From positions 24,366,001 through 24,430,000 of the forward strand of contig NW_026262690.1 in NCBI RefSeq assembly GCF_021869535.1: 64,000 nucleotides of DNA, written 5' to 3'. Under the pieces are notes generated by a model that had not been told where the DNA came from, searched no databases, and saw nothing but the letters and a program-made list of their open reading frames with translations. Shown here piece after piece: positions 36,401-51,400 of this stretch. Numbering within the stretch: position 1 is the first letter of the stretch; the number at the start of each line of letters is the position of its first letter. A program made the translations under genes and the position numbers. The DNA comes from Mytilus californianus (lineage: Eukaryota).

Positions 36401-39400
36401 GACATTTGAAGACCTGTCAAAGCAGGGGTTTCCCTAATTTTGGACACACATTACACAAAATCTTACGGGTGAAATCATACATTACGAAGATTTCATGAAA
36501 TTGTTCACATTTATCCGATTATTGGTTTTATGAGTTTACCAAAGTAAAGCTAAAAGTCTTAGGTGCTCAGATTCACTGGACTGCACCGTAACTTCAGATC
36601 ATTTTGAGCATTTTCTACAAAGATATGAGCCCTCAAAGTTTAACCCCCATTAGTATCAATGGAAGTGTTGCAAAAGTTTCTTTAAGTGGTATGCATAGTG
36701 TTAACAAATTATTGTATGTGTTACCTTTACCTTTCTTCACTTATTTTAAATGATACTTGAAATATGTCAACAAAAAAAAAATTATGATTACAGGAAATTC
36801 TAGATGCTGTTATGGTTGTCAACTTGGACACTGGTGAAGAAGTTCCCCTAAGTGTAGCCGAGGATAAGATTCCAAAGGGAATGAATCCATTATCGTTACA
36901 TATAATGAGACTGACGAAGGAATACCGTGATCATGCAGGCGACACAGAGAGCATAGACGATGACATGCATAGTGAAACAATGTCTCTCTCAGAGGAACAA
37001 GGGACAAAGAAAAAAGTGTAAGCTTCTTAGAATTATTAGAATACAAATTTTGTATATAACAATTCATTTATGCTTGATTGTAATCAGAAATAAGAAGATG
37101 TGGTATGAGTGCCAATGAGACAACTCTCCATCCACGTCACAATGTGTAAAAAGTAAACAATTATAGGTCAAAGTACGGCCTTCAACACGGAGCCTTGGCT
37201 CACACCGAACAGCAAGCTATAAAGCAAAATGACTAGTGTAAAACAATTCAAACAGGAAAACAAACGGTCTAATCTATATAAAAAACAAGAAACGAGAAAC
37301 ACTTAAGAACCACATCAACAAACGACAACCACTGAAACAGGCTCCTGACTTAGGACAGGTGCAAACAAATGCAGCGGGTTTAAACGTTTTAACAAGCGCC
37401 AACCTTCACCCTAACCTAAAATAGTAGTGTAACATTACAAATATCAATTGAAATGGCTTAACTCATTCAAACAGACATATTAACAAAAACAAGTAAACAT
37501 ACACTGAACGAATAAATTTGATCTATGACACAATGTCAAAAGACAACTATGACCTTGGACAAAATGGTGTTAAATAAAATAACGTACACAGATAAATTTA
37601 AATATAATAATTTTGTTGTTAGGAGAACAGAGATAATTTTTACAAAATAAATAAATTTGTTGTTCATAGTACGAGAACAGCAGTGAAAATTTATCATCAT
37701 ACTATGGGGTAAATACTTAACATAGGTGGTACATATTAAAAATAGTGAGACGAGATATAAGACAAAATAAGTAAACATTGAATAACAAAAATGCATTACT
37801 AATTGTGTAACAGGTCAAATTAACACGAAAGTACGATTTGAGAGTACTCACAGTTACTGAAAGCTAGTTAAAAGCCAAAAACAATAATAAAAAATCATGC
37901 ATCAGAGACTAAAATCAACTAAAACACATCCCCAGGGATTTAGTGTTTTAATTGTCTATAAACAATGTAGGCTCATCAGTATCTGTTATATTCACAAAAA
38001 AAAAAAATCCCAGTCAAATAAGAAGACGAAAACAAGCCAGGAGGAGATAAATCAACACTAGTTGCCTGAATTTTGAATCCAACTTTTCACAAGATGTATT
38101 TTCCATTTGATAAAATATTGTTATAGTAAGATGATTAGTAAGAGAATTGGCTAAAACTTATGCATTATAATAAATCTTTTTCTAAATTTGTAACTTATCA
38201 GAGCAAGTGGGATTATGTAGACCTTGAAAATTGTATGAGGACTATTCAAGAAATGAATGGGAGCTTGGATGAAAAGCATTTTTAATTTGCCTCACCATGC
38301 ATAAAATTTTAAATTATTGACTTTACAAAACATTTCCTAATATGATTTAAAAGAATTTCCTTTCACCCCTCCTCTTCACTACACTACAGACATTTTTAGA
38401 AAATATCATGATTATATGCTATAAATAAACATCTCATGTTTAATTAAAACTAAATATAACAATGGGATACAGATAAAAATGTTTTTCTTGTTTAAATATA
38501 GGTCTAGATTAAGGAAAATGTTAGGAAAGAAAATAGACCGCACTACCAACAGACTTAAATCAGTAGCAGACCAAGGTGAGGTTTTAAAGTTATGTTAATG
38601 ATTTAATGGAAGAAAAAGTAAAGAATGAAAGCCTTAAAACAAGTAAATCATAGTTATGTTGACTGATTTTTGGTTGCTTTACCATCAGTTTTATAGAAAA
38701 AAAATCTTGTTATATTTTGAGAAAAAAATGTTCACTGGTTGAATAATCGATTCGAACACATATTCTAATTTTTTATGGATTAGATTGGAAGGATAAAGTA
38801 CTTTGAAAAATAGATATGATACGATGAATTCCTACACACTGGAAATAGTGTTGATAAATTTTTGATTTTGGACATAATTTAGTGCATTTTATAACTAATA
38901 AAGATTATTTTTACTGATTTAATTGATGTTTAAACTCATTTTTTCACTTGGTAGCTTAACTTAAAGGCTGAAATATAAAGTCCTTCCAACTTCAGTTTGT
39001 GAGTGAGTTGGTTGAGTTTTCACACAAATTAACTTCTTCAAAATATTAACCTGTAAGACTCAAATAACAATATCATACATTCGTTATTTATTGTTTAATG
39101 CTTAACATCCATGTGACAATATGTTTTTTGAGACATTACCTAATTTTATACATTTAACTTTGTAGTATTGCACATGGAAGAAACTGCAGTTGAACAGGAA
39201 ATAATTTTTGATGGTAAAATGTTCAAGGTTAGTGTTTAATGATGAAACTGGTAGACAACATGATCACAAATACTTGACTTTTTAAAAATTGATATCAAAT
39301 ATTGATTAGATAATATATGCACACACTACTACAAGTAAATATGCATTAAATTTAATTCAGTCATTCCTAGCTATCCATGTACTTGCTTAATTTGGCAAGA

Positions 39401-42400
39401 TATTGAATGCATTTATGAAATAATTTGCTATTGATTTTCCATAGAAAAACATTCAGCTCTGTGTATTGACTTTTTGACTACCCCATCCCCCTGTACAGAT
39501 TACTTTTATGGGTTATACAATAAACAGCCTGTCTGTCCACTCTATGTCCTGTGTCCATTGTCCAAATTTCTTGGAACTTTGTAGATTTTCATTTCACACT
39601 TACAATTTCTCTTATCTGCTCAGGTACATGTCACATCACAACAATAACAGGTGATTATGGAGGTTTAGTCTCACTTTAAGGGGATGCTCTATATTCAACC
39701 TGCTGAAACAAAATTAGAAAAAGCCATGATAATTACCTCCCTTTTCCTTTATAATTTGCATTTTATTGCTGGATATGCTTATAAAAACCATTACAAATCT
39801 TTTGAAATTTACAGATACTCTGTTGGGTCCTAGAAATATAAACTTAAGACACATTTTTCAGTTTGATCACACATGTTATTATAATGATATAAAAAGTCAA
39901 AGTAATGACTGGTGTAAATGTTGATTAATTTCAGATTAAAGCAAAAACCAGTAAAATGCAGCATGACTTTGATAAACTACAACTGTTACAAGACATGACA
40001 GGTGTTCATACTGTAAGTTTTTATTATAGCTGATGAAGATAGTGAAACAAAATCTGAAACCAAAGCTTTTAACAGTTAACAGTAAAAAAAATATTTCTCA
40101 ATAAAAAAAAAATCCAGATAAAAACAATGCTTACTTTGTATAACCTACTTTTCAAAGATAAGGAATAAGTCACAATTACTTTAAATAGGAAATTGAATAA
40201 TAACATAATTGTTATTGTAAATAATGAGATATATAGACATTATTGCATACATTTTATGGTTAATTAAAACCCAAATCAGAAGCTGATGGAAATTCTGTCC
40301 TGAATGTGAAATCTGAAACCAGGAATTAAGAATCCTTCAGACTAATAATTTTTTTGGCAAACTACAAATATTTATAAACAAAAGTAAAACAATGATTTCA
40401 TAGAAAATTTAAATGAAGTTTCATGTTTTTCACCTTTTTATGATATGTTAATGTAATGCATATTGATTAGCGAGACACCATAAAACACAAAAAGAATGCA
40501 TTATTTTACTTTGTCTTTATGTTAAATATTTTTCATAGGGTGCTGTATGGATCATGAAATTCTCTCCTTGTGGTAGACTACTGGCTACTGGTGGACAAGA
40601 TAATACTCTGAGGATTTGGGTGCTTAAATCTGCTTTTACTTATTTTAATGATATGAAACAAAAATATGCTGATGGTAAGTGTTATCAAATAGCTTTAGGT
40701 CTGTGTGTTTATTAGTTTGTTTTCAAAAGACTTAAAAGTTCAAAGGACAATAGTTTTGTATAACGAATGATAGTGAAATGTAGGACTCTGGTAACAAGTT
40801 GGAAATGATAGTACATATAAATAAAATATTTATTGCTGATTTGCTCTCACACTGAGTATGCATGAAATATCTGACACTTAACATTATTCAATAAACAAAC
40901 AATCTTTATTTTATAAAAGCTCTTAACATCATATATGGTCTCCCACTTTCAGTTTTATAAAGCACTAGATATAAACATAAATGTCCTTGTTTCCAATGTT
41001 TTTTATTATTCTATTCCAGTTACTATATCACCTGCTCCATCACAGGAAAGCCTTAATTCGTTTCTTTCTGGTAGTTCTGGAGAATTACTGGTAAGTGATA
41101 TTAAACTAACTCAAATGCTTTTAATTTGTCAATCAGTAAAGTTTTTTTTCCCCCAAAAATCAAAGGAACGGTTGTTATGACAGTGGCTTTTGATTGTAGA
41201 GTTCTCCAAAAATAAAAAAAAAATAGTTGTTATGTCAGCGGCTTTTGATTGTACTTGTTTTTGTCTCTCCTGCGACAAAAGTTTACAATTGTTAAGTTTT
41301 CTGCTTTAGTTAGTTTGATAGAAGCTACTTGTGATAGGTCAATGATATTTTCTATAAAGCTGCATTACTAATAGAACATATCAGTTTGACGACTATTTTG
41401 TGACCCTGCCCCCTAGGTCATGGTCCAGAGACTGAATTACTTAGCAATTTTCAGTGTTACATTTTTTGCTTAAGTCCTTTTGATAGGAACTTTAAAGTTG
41501 CATTACTATCAGTACATGTTAGTTTGACAACAATTTCTTCTTTGCCTCTGTGGGTCATGGTCCAGTGACTTTCAATTATTTACCAATTTTCAATGTTTAC
41601 TTTTCTGCTTAAGTTAGTTTGATAGGAAATACTTACAATAGACAAAGATATTTTCTATAAAGTTACATTACTGCCTGTACATCTCAGTTTATTGACCAAT
41701 TCGAGGCCCTGCCCACTAGTTCATGGTCAATGGACTTTAAATTAATTAGCAATGTTGCTGTTCATCAAACAGTCATTTTCTGAATTTTATGCAGACAGGC
41801 GAGACATATCTCTGTGTCAACAGTTTATTTTCTCCAAAATTCAAAAGAACAGCTGTTATGTCAGTGGCGTTTAATTGTACTACTTTTTTGTCTAAAAATT
41901 TAAAAACAGTTGTTTTGTTGGTGTTTTTTTTTTTATTGTACTAGTTTTTTTCTCCAAAAATCAAACGAACTGTTGTTATGTCAGTGGTTATTAATTGTAA
42001 AGTTCTTCAAATTTCAAAAGAACAGCTGTTAATTTAGTGGCTTTTGATTTGTAGGTAGTCTTAGATTCAAAATCCTTTATAATAGTTCATGAATAGAATG
42101 AGATTTGGGGCATGGGTCCATGAGATAGAGACCCAGCAACACAAATAGACATCTAGAGGGCAACATACAGTCAGACAATAGACAGGTGTCCATGCAATAT
42201 GTCAAGCTCTAAATCATTGTTGATAAGTTGGTAAAAAATTAAACAAAAAGTATCAGAAATCTGCTATTGTTATTATTTAATAAAATAAAGAAAACATTTT
42301 GATATGACATGGAAGTGTATCTTAATTGTTAGTTTGACATGAGATTTGATTGATCAATTGATTAGAAACACTGCTGCATTTGTAGATTGAAGTTGTGTGG

Positions 42401-45400
42401 TTACATTTTTTTTTGCCCCAGCCATCACCGGAGGGGGCTTGAAGTATTACCCTTGTCCATACGTACGTACCGAAATTGGTTTTTCGTTCTCTAACTTTAG
42501 TTTGCCTCAACCAAATATTTTGAAACTTATACACAATGCCAATTACCACAAAACACAGATCAAGTTTGAATTTGGGTGGTGTCACTTTTACCGTTCTCGA
42601 GTTATGCCCCTTTATAACATTATATGCAAGCAGGGGCATCATCTGTGTCCATGGGACACATTCTCCATTTATTTGTTTTTGTTTTTTTTTAAATAGTTTT
42701 CATATAGTTTGGTATTTCATGTGAATTTGAACCATCTGATGATCCTGTCTTTTTAATTGTATAATTGTTTGATAGTTATAAAAAAATCATTTGAAATTTG
42801 TGCCATATGTATCTAGTCTCGTCCTAAAAAAAATTAAAAAAAGTAATCCCATTGTCTCAAAAAAAGAAAGATCAATCTAATATATTATTTTAATAATTCA
42901 AAATTTCAACACTGTTGAAAGCATTAAATTCACAGTTGTATAATTTTGATTTAGTAAAAAAAGAAAGCTTGTCATATTTAAAGTCTTTGTTTACATATGT
43001 TTGATATGAACTGGTTTTTTTTAACCAGGAACAAGCTAGCGGAGGCCATGACCCTGAAGATTTAATAGCACCATTCATGCCAAAACCGTTTTGTACATTT
43101 AGAGGACACACTGCTGATGTATTGGATGTCTCCTGGTCAAAAGTAAATACAATTTAAAATATATATGATATAGATATAATTCTCTGATCAATAATTTATC
43201 ACAGTAATACAACATATAGATATGAAACAAAGGAGATGAAGCATAAATGTCAACTGAGACCAACACCAAACAACAGAAGTCTATGGACATTTAAAGGTAC
43301 CATTTATACTGTTAGGTCTACTGCAAATTTTGACTTAGATCAAGTAATTGACATTGAATGTTGATTAAAACTAAAAGACAAACCAGATGATTAAAATTTT
43401 CCCATTGTGAACTTTTCCTGTTTTTGTGTAGCACATGTAAATGGAGTATATACTGAAAACCAATTTATTGAACCCCTGCTCCAAAGGTTGCATTTTTCTT
43501 AGTTACTACTAGTGAGAGGTTCCTGAAATTTTGGTATCAAGATTGATGTGAGCATGCTATACTGAATGATGCTGTTCTTACACATAACTGCTAAGTATGA
43601 AACTTATTGTCACATTTTTCTCAGGAAATACAAATCAAGGTTTTCTAAAATTTGGAATCATGTTTCATGTTGGCATGCCGTACAGTGTGATGCATTTTGG
43701 CATCAATTACTTATCAACTTCCTGTTAATTGAATACTTTTAGCGAAGGTATAAGTGAGCCATAGCTCACAGTTCAACATATTTTCCTGTCTACTTTTTTT
43801 GCATTTAGTCCTTTCTAGCCAACTGCATCAATATATATTTGTGATTTTTAACTTTGTTGATACATTCATATCAGAGCAGATCTAAGTTTGACAAATTTGT
43901 GGCAATTTATATTCCCTTAATTTTTTTACTTGCAAATTCCAGTAGATCTTGCCTATCCTATTATGTTTTCCTTGATAGAGGGTTGTAACGATAAAGTTGA
44001 AGTCAACTCAGAATCCCTGAAAGTTGAAAAGGATGCCATCATGGAATAATAACTGTTGGGCGGATAACCAATGATATTTTCCATTTGTTTGTAGCCACAA
44101 TCCTGTCCTTCTTTTCTTGTTGTGGACATCATGAAACGTGACTTGTCACTTGAGTTTTGATAACCATGATCAACACAAGGGGTTCCACCATTTGATCAGG
44201 AACAGCTTACCCTTGACACACAGTTATTATGAGCTTTGTGTCAGCATTATATCTCTTTGATTTACAAGGTACCAAGATATTGCCCAAAAGTATAACACCT
44301 GATTACAGTAAAAGTACCTGTTGTGTATTTTTTGTAAAAGTATCAATTGGTGTACAGTAAGTTGATAAGCTGCATATATATATATATGGTAGAATGCTAA
44401 AAATTACCCTCAGAAAACTGCATGTATATATATATTGTACAGTGCAAAAAATAGTAACATGGAAAAAATACTTGTTTTGTATCCCAATGTTATAAAACCA
44501 TGAAAATTATTCCTACCAAGATACTTACAAAATCTTGAAAATTAAAACTGTTATATCAGCTTGAAAATATAAATTGAAGAAATAGGTCATTTATGACAGA
44601 TTTAATTACAGTTTTCAAAAATGATGAAGCTATAATGTTATTTTTTCAGAACCACTTTATTTTGTCTTCCTCTATGGATAAAACAGTACGTTTGTGGCAT
44701 GTCTCACGTAAAGAATGTCTGTGTACCTTCCAACATATTGACTTTGTTACATCTATTGTCTTCCATCCAAAGGTAAGGAGTTATAAGAATTTATTAATGA
44801 ATATTTACACCTGCTGAGTAGATTTCTTTTTTTGTTGACTTGTATACCTGCTGTTGTATTTTTTCAGAAAAGTAAGAGTTTTTACATATAAAAAAATTGA
44901 CACTATGTGCACAAGGTATCCCCTATCTACAAAGTCTCACTAGTAAATGGATTTCATTTAGACTTTTACCAATTTTCATTGCATAGTTGCAATTTTGGGA
45001 CAAATATATAGTGTTACCCATGTCTCTTTAGTTTAAGGTAGTCGACTATAAATTTATGGTCACATCAACTTGAAACTGAGAACACATGTGAACTTTCTAA
45101 AACATGTGCCAAGTTAGGGTTGTACAGTTGTTGTTCATAGTATGTAGTATATGTGCATTATTTTTTTCTTGAAAATTGGAGAGAGAAAAATTTATTTCCA
45201 ACAATATTCTCTTTGTTTGCAACTGGACCTGGTGTCCAATGGAAACACTTTAATTTTATTTCGATTCCAAAATTTCCCAAAAATGTTTTTTTTTCTTTTA
45301 TGGATTACATAAGCTGATTTTCTTGCTATTGAGTTTTTTCTGAGAAGTAACATTTCCAATATAATATGTTTCAGCGGATGATTTTTATTGAAATTACAAG

Positions 45401-48400
45401 CTTAGAACTTTAATAATAGAAAATTTCATATTTTTTGTTTTTCACAATTTTTCTGGTATAGATATTTAATTGAGACACATATTTTTTTTTTGGCATATAG
45501 ATAAATTATAAGAAATTGCAGTCAGTGATTTTATTATAGAGTATTGAAGTTCAGGGGAGTTGCAGATAAGAGTTTTATTTCAGCTTAATGACTGATTTTT
45601 ATCAGAATGAAGTAATTTATATTTTCCAATTGCTTTATAATAATAAATGTTTTTAGGATGACAGATATTTTCTGAGTGGATCACTTGATGGTAAATTGAG
45701 GCTGTGGAATATTCCTGATAAGAAAGTCACATTATGGAACGAAGTGCAGGGTCCTTCAGCACTAATTACAACAGCTAACTTCTGTAGGAATGGCAAACTA
45801 GCAGTCGTTGGCACTTATGATGGAAAATGCATATTTTATACGACTGAGGTTAGTATAGTTATGTGCTTTTTATACGACCGCAAAAAATTTTTGTTCGTAT
45901 ATTGCTATCATGTCGTCTTCGTCGTTCTCGGCATCAGCGTCCGAAGACACATTTGGTTTCCGGACAATAACTTTAGTTTAAGTGAATGGATCTCTATAAA
46001 ATTTTACCAGAAGGTTCAATACCTCAAAAGGAAGGTTGGGATTGATTTTGGGGGTTATGGTACCAACAGTTTAGGGGGCAAAAACAAGCATTTTTGTAGT
46101 TTCCGGACAATAACTTGTGTGTAAGTGTATGGATCTCTCTGAAATTATACCACAAGGTTCCATATCACAAAAGAAAGGCTGGGATTGAGTTTGGGGGTAA
46201 TTGGCCCTAATGTTTTAGGAATTAGGGGCATAAAAGGGGCCAAAAACAAGCATTTTTCTAGTTTCCACAATAACTTGTGTTAAAGATTATGGAACTCTCT
46301 GAAATTGTACATTTTTCCCGAAAAGAAAATAGTCTTCAAAATTTAAAAAAAAAAAAATTTGGGGGGGGTTTCAAATATTTTTTTTCTTCAAAATTTTGAA
46401 ATTTGCAAATTTTTTTTATGGGGGAGGGGGGGGGGGGGGGGGTTCATATTTTTTTCTTCAAGATTTTTCAAAATTTCTTGGGGGGGGGGGGGGGAATTTT
46501 TTTTTCATAATTTTTTGGGTTTTTTTTTCCCAAAAATTTTCCATTTTTACATAGATTATTTCTGATTTATATATAAAAGCAACAAATACTGATATGGCAG
46601 GAGATACACACCAAACAGCACAGTATTGCGCAATAGCAAGACATCTTCAATTGAAAATAAATACAAATCTCTTAACCAATTTCAATGGGATTAATTTAAG
46701 TCTTTAATTTTTGAGGGTTCTAACCTTGTATTACTTTTTTGGATATTGGGCCCCATTTTTAAATTGGTCTACATTGAGGTCCAAAGGGTCCAAAATTAAA
46801 CTTTGTTTGATTTCATCAAAAACTGAATTATTGCGGCTCTATGATATGCTGAATCTTATTGTGCATTTAGATTTTTTATTTTGGGCCCTGTTTTCAAATT
46901 AGTCCATATTAAGGTTTGAAGGGTCCAAAATTAAAAATTGTTTGATTTCAACTAAAATTAAATTTTTGGTGTTTTTTATATGCTGAATCTAACCATGTTG
47001 TTAGATTTTGGATATCAGACCATACTTGGTAAATTAAATGTCCCATTTCAAATTTTTAAGATCTTTGATCACATTTATTTTGTGTCAGAAACCTATATTA
47101 TGTCAAAAATTTGATCACAATCCAAATTCAGACAGTATCAAGCTTGAATATTGTGTCCAAACTTGCCCCAACTGTTCAAGGTTTCGACCTCTGCAGTCGT
47201 ATCAGGCTGCGCTAGGGGAAGCATTTTATTACATATTTTAAAGGTATTTTTATAATCTATACATTAATAAATTAGGCCGGTATATATCTACTAATTTGTC
47301 AGTTTGCATAATATTCGATTTGAAACTGATGAATTATTGACTACAATAGGAACTAAATACATGATATCGGTCCATTTTTTTCTTGGTGATAATACTTTAT
47401 ATAAGTATCCATGATGTTGATTGGTTAATAGCTAAAGTATTGTCATGTATTTTCTTTCATTTGATAAATGTAAAATAGTGTCACTGACCATGTATACAAC
47501 TGGGAAAGTTTTATTTAAAATCTGATGGCTGGTATATATCTATGACATTGGTCTCACTCTCTGTCTCATTGGCAATCATACTACATCTTATTTTATATAG
47601 CTCACAAATCTACATGTATATGCTCATAAAAAAATAATAGAAATAGTCATTCCTTCTGAATAATAACGAGATTGCCTTGAATAAAAGCATTGTTTTTAGG
47701 AAATAACTGATCATAAACTTAGGATAGATGATAAAGTTTCATATTTGTTTGATAAGCATGTCAAACAATGGATGTATAATGGTATACAGCTGTCTGTTTG
47801 TCTGTTCATCCTACTGTGTGCGATAACTTAGTCTGTACAAAATTTAAATCAATGTTTAGTTGTGTGAAGAAAATGTCACTTTCAGTTTCAAAGATTTTTA
47901 GATTTGTCATTTCAGAGCTGTGGGTTGTTAATCATTACATAATCAACAATTGTCAAAGTTGTTGATTTGATCAATTTAATAAGAACCAATGATGATATTT
48001 GGCATGGATTTGCATCAGCAACTTTTTCTACATTTGACCCTCAACGCCAATGTACTCATCCAAAAAGTCAATAATTCAGATTACAGGTTGTATGTTTAAT
48101 AAATGATTTATATTGACAGCAATTAAAGTATTATACACAGATCCATGTAAGATCAACCAGGGGTAAGAATGCCAAAGGAAGTAAAATCACGGGTATAGAA
48201 CCTCTCCCTGGTGAAGATAAGGTAAATATAAATAAACATAATGTATATTTTGCATGTTGAGATACATGTACGTGTATATGATCCAATAGGTGCGTTTCAG
48301 CCAGCACAGATTCATTATACATAATTTCTGTCATTTTTCAAGGTTTGAGATAATTTTTTTGTATTGAATTGCACCCAGGGGGTATGAAAAGGCATAGTTT

Positions 48401-51400
48401 CAACAATATGCAAAGTTATCAAGGTAAATCAATATCTGTTTAAGCAAAATGTCTTCTTTTGTGATACAATAGCTTGCATTTATAAATAGGTGTTGTTTTA
48501 ATGACAAAAAGTATTGTAACCCTAAGAAAACATATTTTTTTAAGAACAAATTTAAACCAATAGTTTGCAGGTACTGTTATGGTATATTTTGCCCAAAATT
48601 TTTATTGTTTACCTATTTAAATCGTAATTTAGATTTTATCTAGAGAAAAATTCATACATGCATATGTTAGTGTAACTTAAATACCACATGACCTTTCAGC
48701 TTTTCAGTGCTGTAATTCTTTCTGTGTTAAACAATTAAAACTATAAATCGTAGAGTATGATTGATGATTATGAATTTGTTGTTAAACCACTAAGTTATTG
48801 TCATGATAGTCTTGACCAATTCTTATGCCCTTTTGAACAAATGTATTTCTTTGAAAATAAAAATAAATTTTCAGTTAAGTCAAAAAAATTGTGGTCGCTA
48901 CTAATAAGATAAGCAACTAATTCATGACACTGTTTAACAGTGGCACTCTACTTCAGTGTGAACATTATCAAAAAATTAAAAGAAATATATCTATCCATAA
49001 TTCATCAGAATTTATTTTACCCTATTTTCTATAGTCCACATATAGTTTTAAAATTTTTATGATTTTCAGGTTTTAGTAACTTCAAATGATTCAAGAATTC
49101 GTCTTTATGATTTACGAGATAAAATGTTAACTTGTAAATACAAAGGATGTGCAAATAACAGCAGCCAGATTAAAGCAAGTTTTAGGTAATGTCAAGATTT
49201 ATGTATGATTTATTAGAATATATATGCATTGTCTCAGATTAGAAATAAACTTTTGTCATCCCTGTGCTGGAGAAATGAAATTAATAATTTGTAAATTTTT
49301 TTTTGAGTCTGAAGCATTTTTTCTGTATTTACCTTCATCAAGAACACTCAAAGATACAGATCCAGGATGTTTAAACCCACCAATAAGGCAACTTTAGGAG
49401 TGGGATCTAGGATGTTTAAACCCACCAATAAGGCAACTTTAGGAGTGGGATCTAGGATGTTTAAACCAGGGCTTCCAAAATTATTTTTAGCCAGCCGGAC
49501 ATTTTATATATTATCCTGATTTTAATCCCTTAAGACTAAATAAACAAAAGGCAATTATGGTATTCAGTTGCTGAGTTGGCCATCCCAATGATTGACATTA
49601 AAAAAAAAACGATATTAAACTTTAGATTCAAATTGGAAGTTCTGACTGTTAAATTGGCAGTGCATCATTTGAAGTGTGCAACATCAGCGTACTTATATCT
49701 GCCTTAGACTCTTTATTTGTGCAAAATAACATTGTCAAAAACTTTACATTTGTTAAAATCTTATACCGGATGTTATCTTGACAATGGTAAAACATGGACC
49801 TGAGACGGATACGTAAATTCCGTGTACATTTGCAAAGCATGAATGAGTGTACGTAGCTCTTTCTACGTTATTTCTTCAAGAAAATATTCTAAATAAACGT
49901 GGGATAAAGGTATCAATGACAATTTAAGCATCTTTTGAAGAAATTAGGATGCATAATTAAATTTCACACCTGCGCACATGCGCACACGTGTACTAGTTCA
50001 AACAGAGACATGTGTCTGGTTCAAACAACGTGGTTATGACGATTTTTCATTTCACCTTTTTAATTTTTTCATCAAATAATTAATCATATTTGTAAACGTA
50101 TTTCTGATAATTTAAATCTTTTTGACTAAATTAATTAGATGCAAACCGCTGAAATGTAAGAAAATAACTTTGAATATACCGATCAATGTCCGGTTCAAAA
50201 TAGTTTACCTGTCACCTGAACAGGTAAATTTCAGCTGTTCGACAACTAATTAGCCTTGATTAAAATGAGAAGGTATTAAAGTAGGGGTTGTTTTGATAGT
50301 ACTTAATGATCATGTCACTTTTATGACCGGAAATGTGTGGCTGTTAAAGGCAAAAGGTTGGGTCATTAAGATCGCGAATTATGTTAAAATGACCGTCTCT
50401 TTAGAAAGCCTTGAAAACTAAAAAGTAGATGACCGTTTCATGCTTTGCCCAGCCGGACTTTTACCGGACATTATTCAAATGTCAGGAATATATGACCGTT
50501 TTGGAAGCCTTGGTTTAAACCCACCAATAAGGCAACTTTAGGAGTGGGATCTAGGATGTTTAAACCCACCAATAAGGCAACTTTAGGAGTGGGATCTAGG
50601 ATGTTTAAACCCACCAATAAGGCAGCTTTAGGAGTGGGATCTAGGATTTTTAAACCCACCAATAAGGCAGCTTTAGGAGTGGGATCTAGGATGTTTAAAC
50701 CCACCAATAAGGCAGCTTTAGGAGTGGGATCCAGGATGATTAAACCCACCAATAAGGCAACTTTAGGAGTGGGATCTAGGATGTTTAAACCCACCAATAA
50801 GGAAGCTTTAGGAGTGGGATCTAGGATGTTTAAACCCACCAATAAGGCAACTTTAGGAGTGGGATCTAGGATGTTTAAACCCACCAATAAGGCAACTTTA
50901 GGAGTGGGATCTAGGATGTTTAAACCCACCAATAAGGCAACTTTAGGAGTGGGATTCAGGATGTTTAAACCCACCAATAAGGCAGCTTTAGGAGTGGGAT
51001 CCAGTATGTTTTAACCCACCAATAAGGCAGCTTTAGGAGTGGGATCCAGGATCTTTAAACCCACCAATAAGGCAACTTTAGGAGTGGGACTTGTAAAGTC
51101 TATGCATTAGCTTCTTCCCCCTAAATTTATCTCTGACAAAAATTGAAAGTTAAGGATGTATAATGACCTAAACATGTGAAGAGGTTTACGATCAAATGGA
51201 GTCTAAAAGAATAACCAGATTTATCTAAGGACAAATTTGCCTGAGGGAGTTAGAAGCTGAATTGTTTAAAAAAAATGAGACTAGTATGCTATTCCAGCAG
51301 TGCAGGAGTTAGTGGCAGGGTTAAAAAGTTTTGTATATATAAAGAAGAAGAGCTTAATAATACATAATTTGTGTAAAGTTGGCTTATGTTCTGAAGTTAC

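Noticed and set aside
46351-46560. G-quadruplex or functional G-tract cluster and ORF 46359
   Set aside because: It is a low-complexity part of HINE family A with inflated homopolymers, more likely slippage or sequencing error.
49364-49380. Shared 12-mer GATGTTTAAACC between the 45-bp unit and some 60-bp units
   Set aside because: It occurs only in a derived variant of the 60-mer and the remainder does not align, so it is probably chance.
50471-51014. 156-aa (+) and 168-aa (-) repetitive ORFs
   Set aside because: These are by-products of a 45-bp (multiple of 3) intronic minisatellite that happens to be open on both strands.
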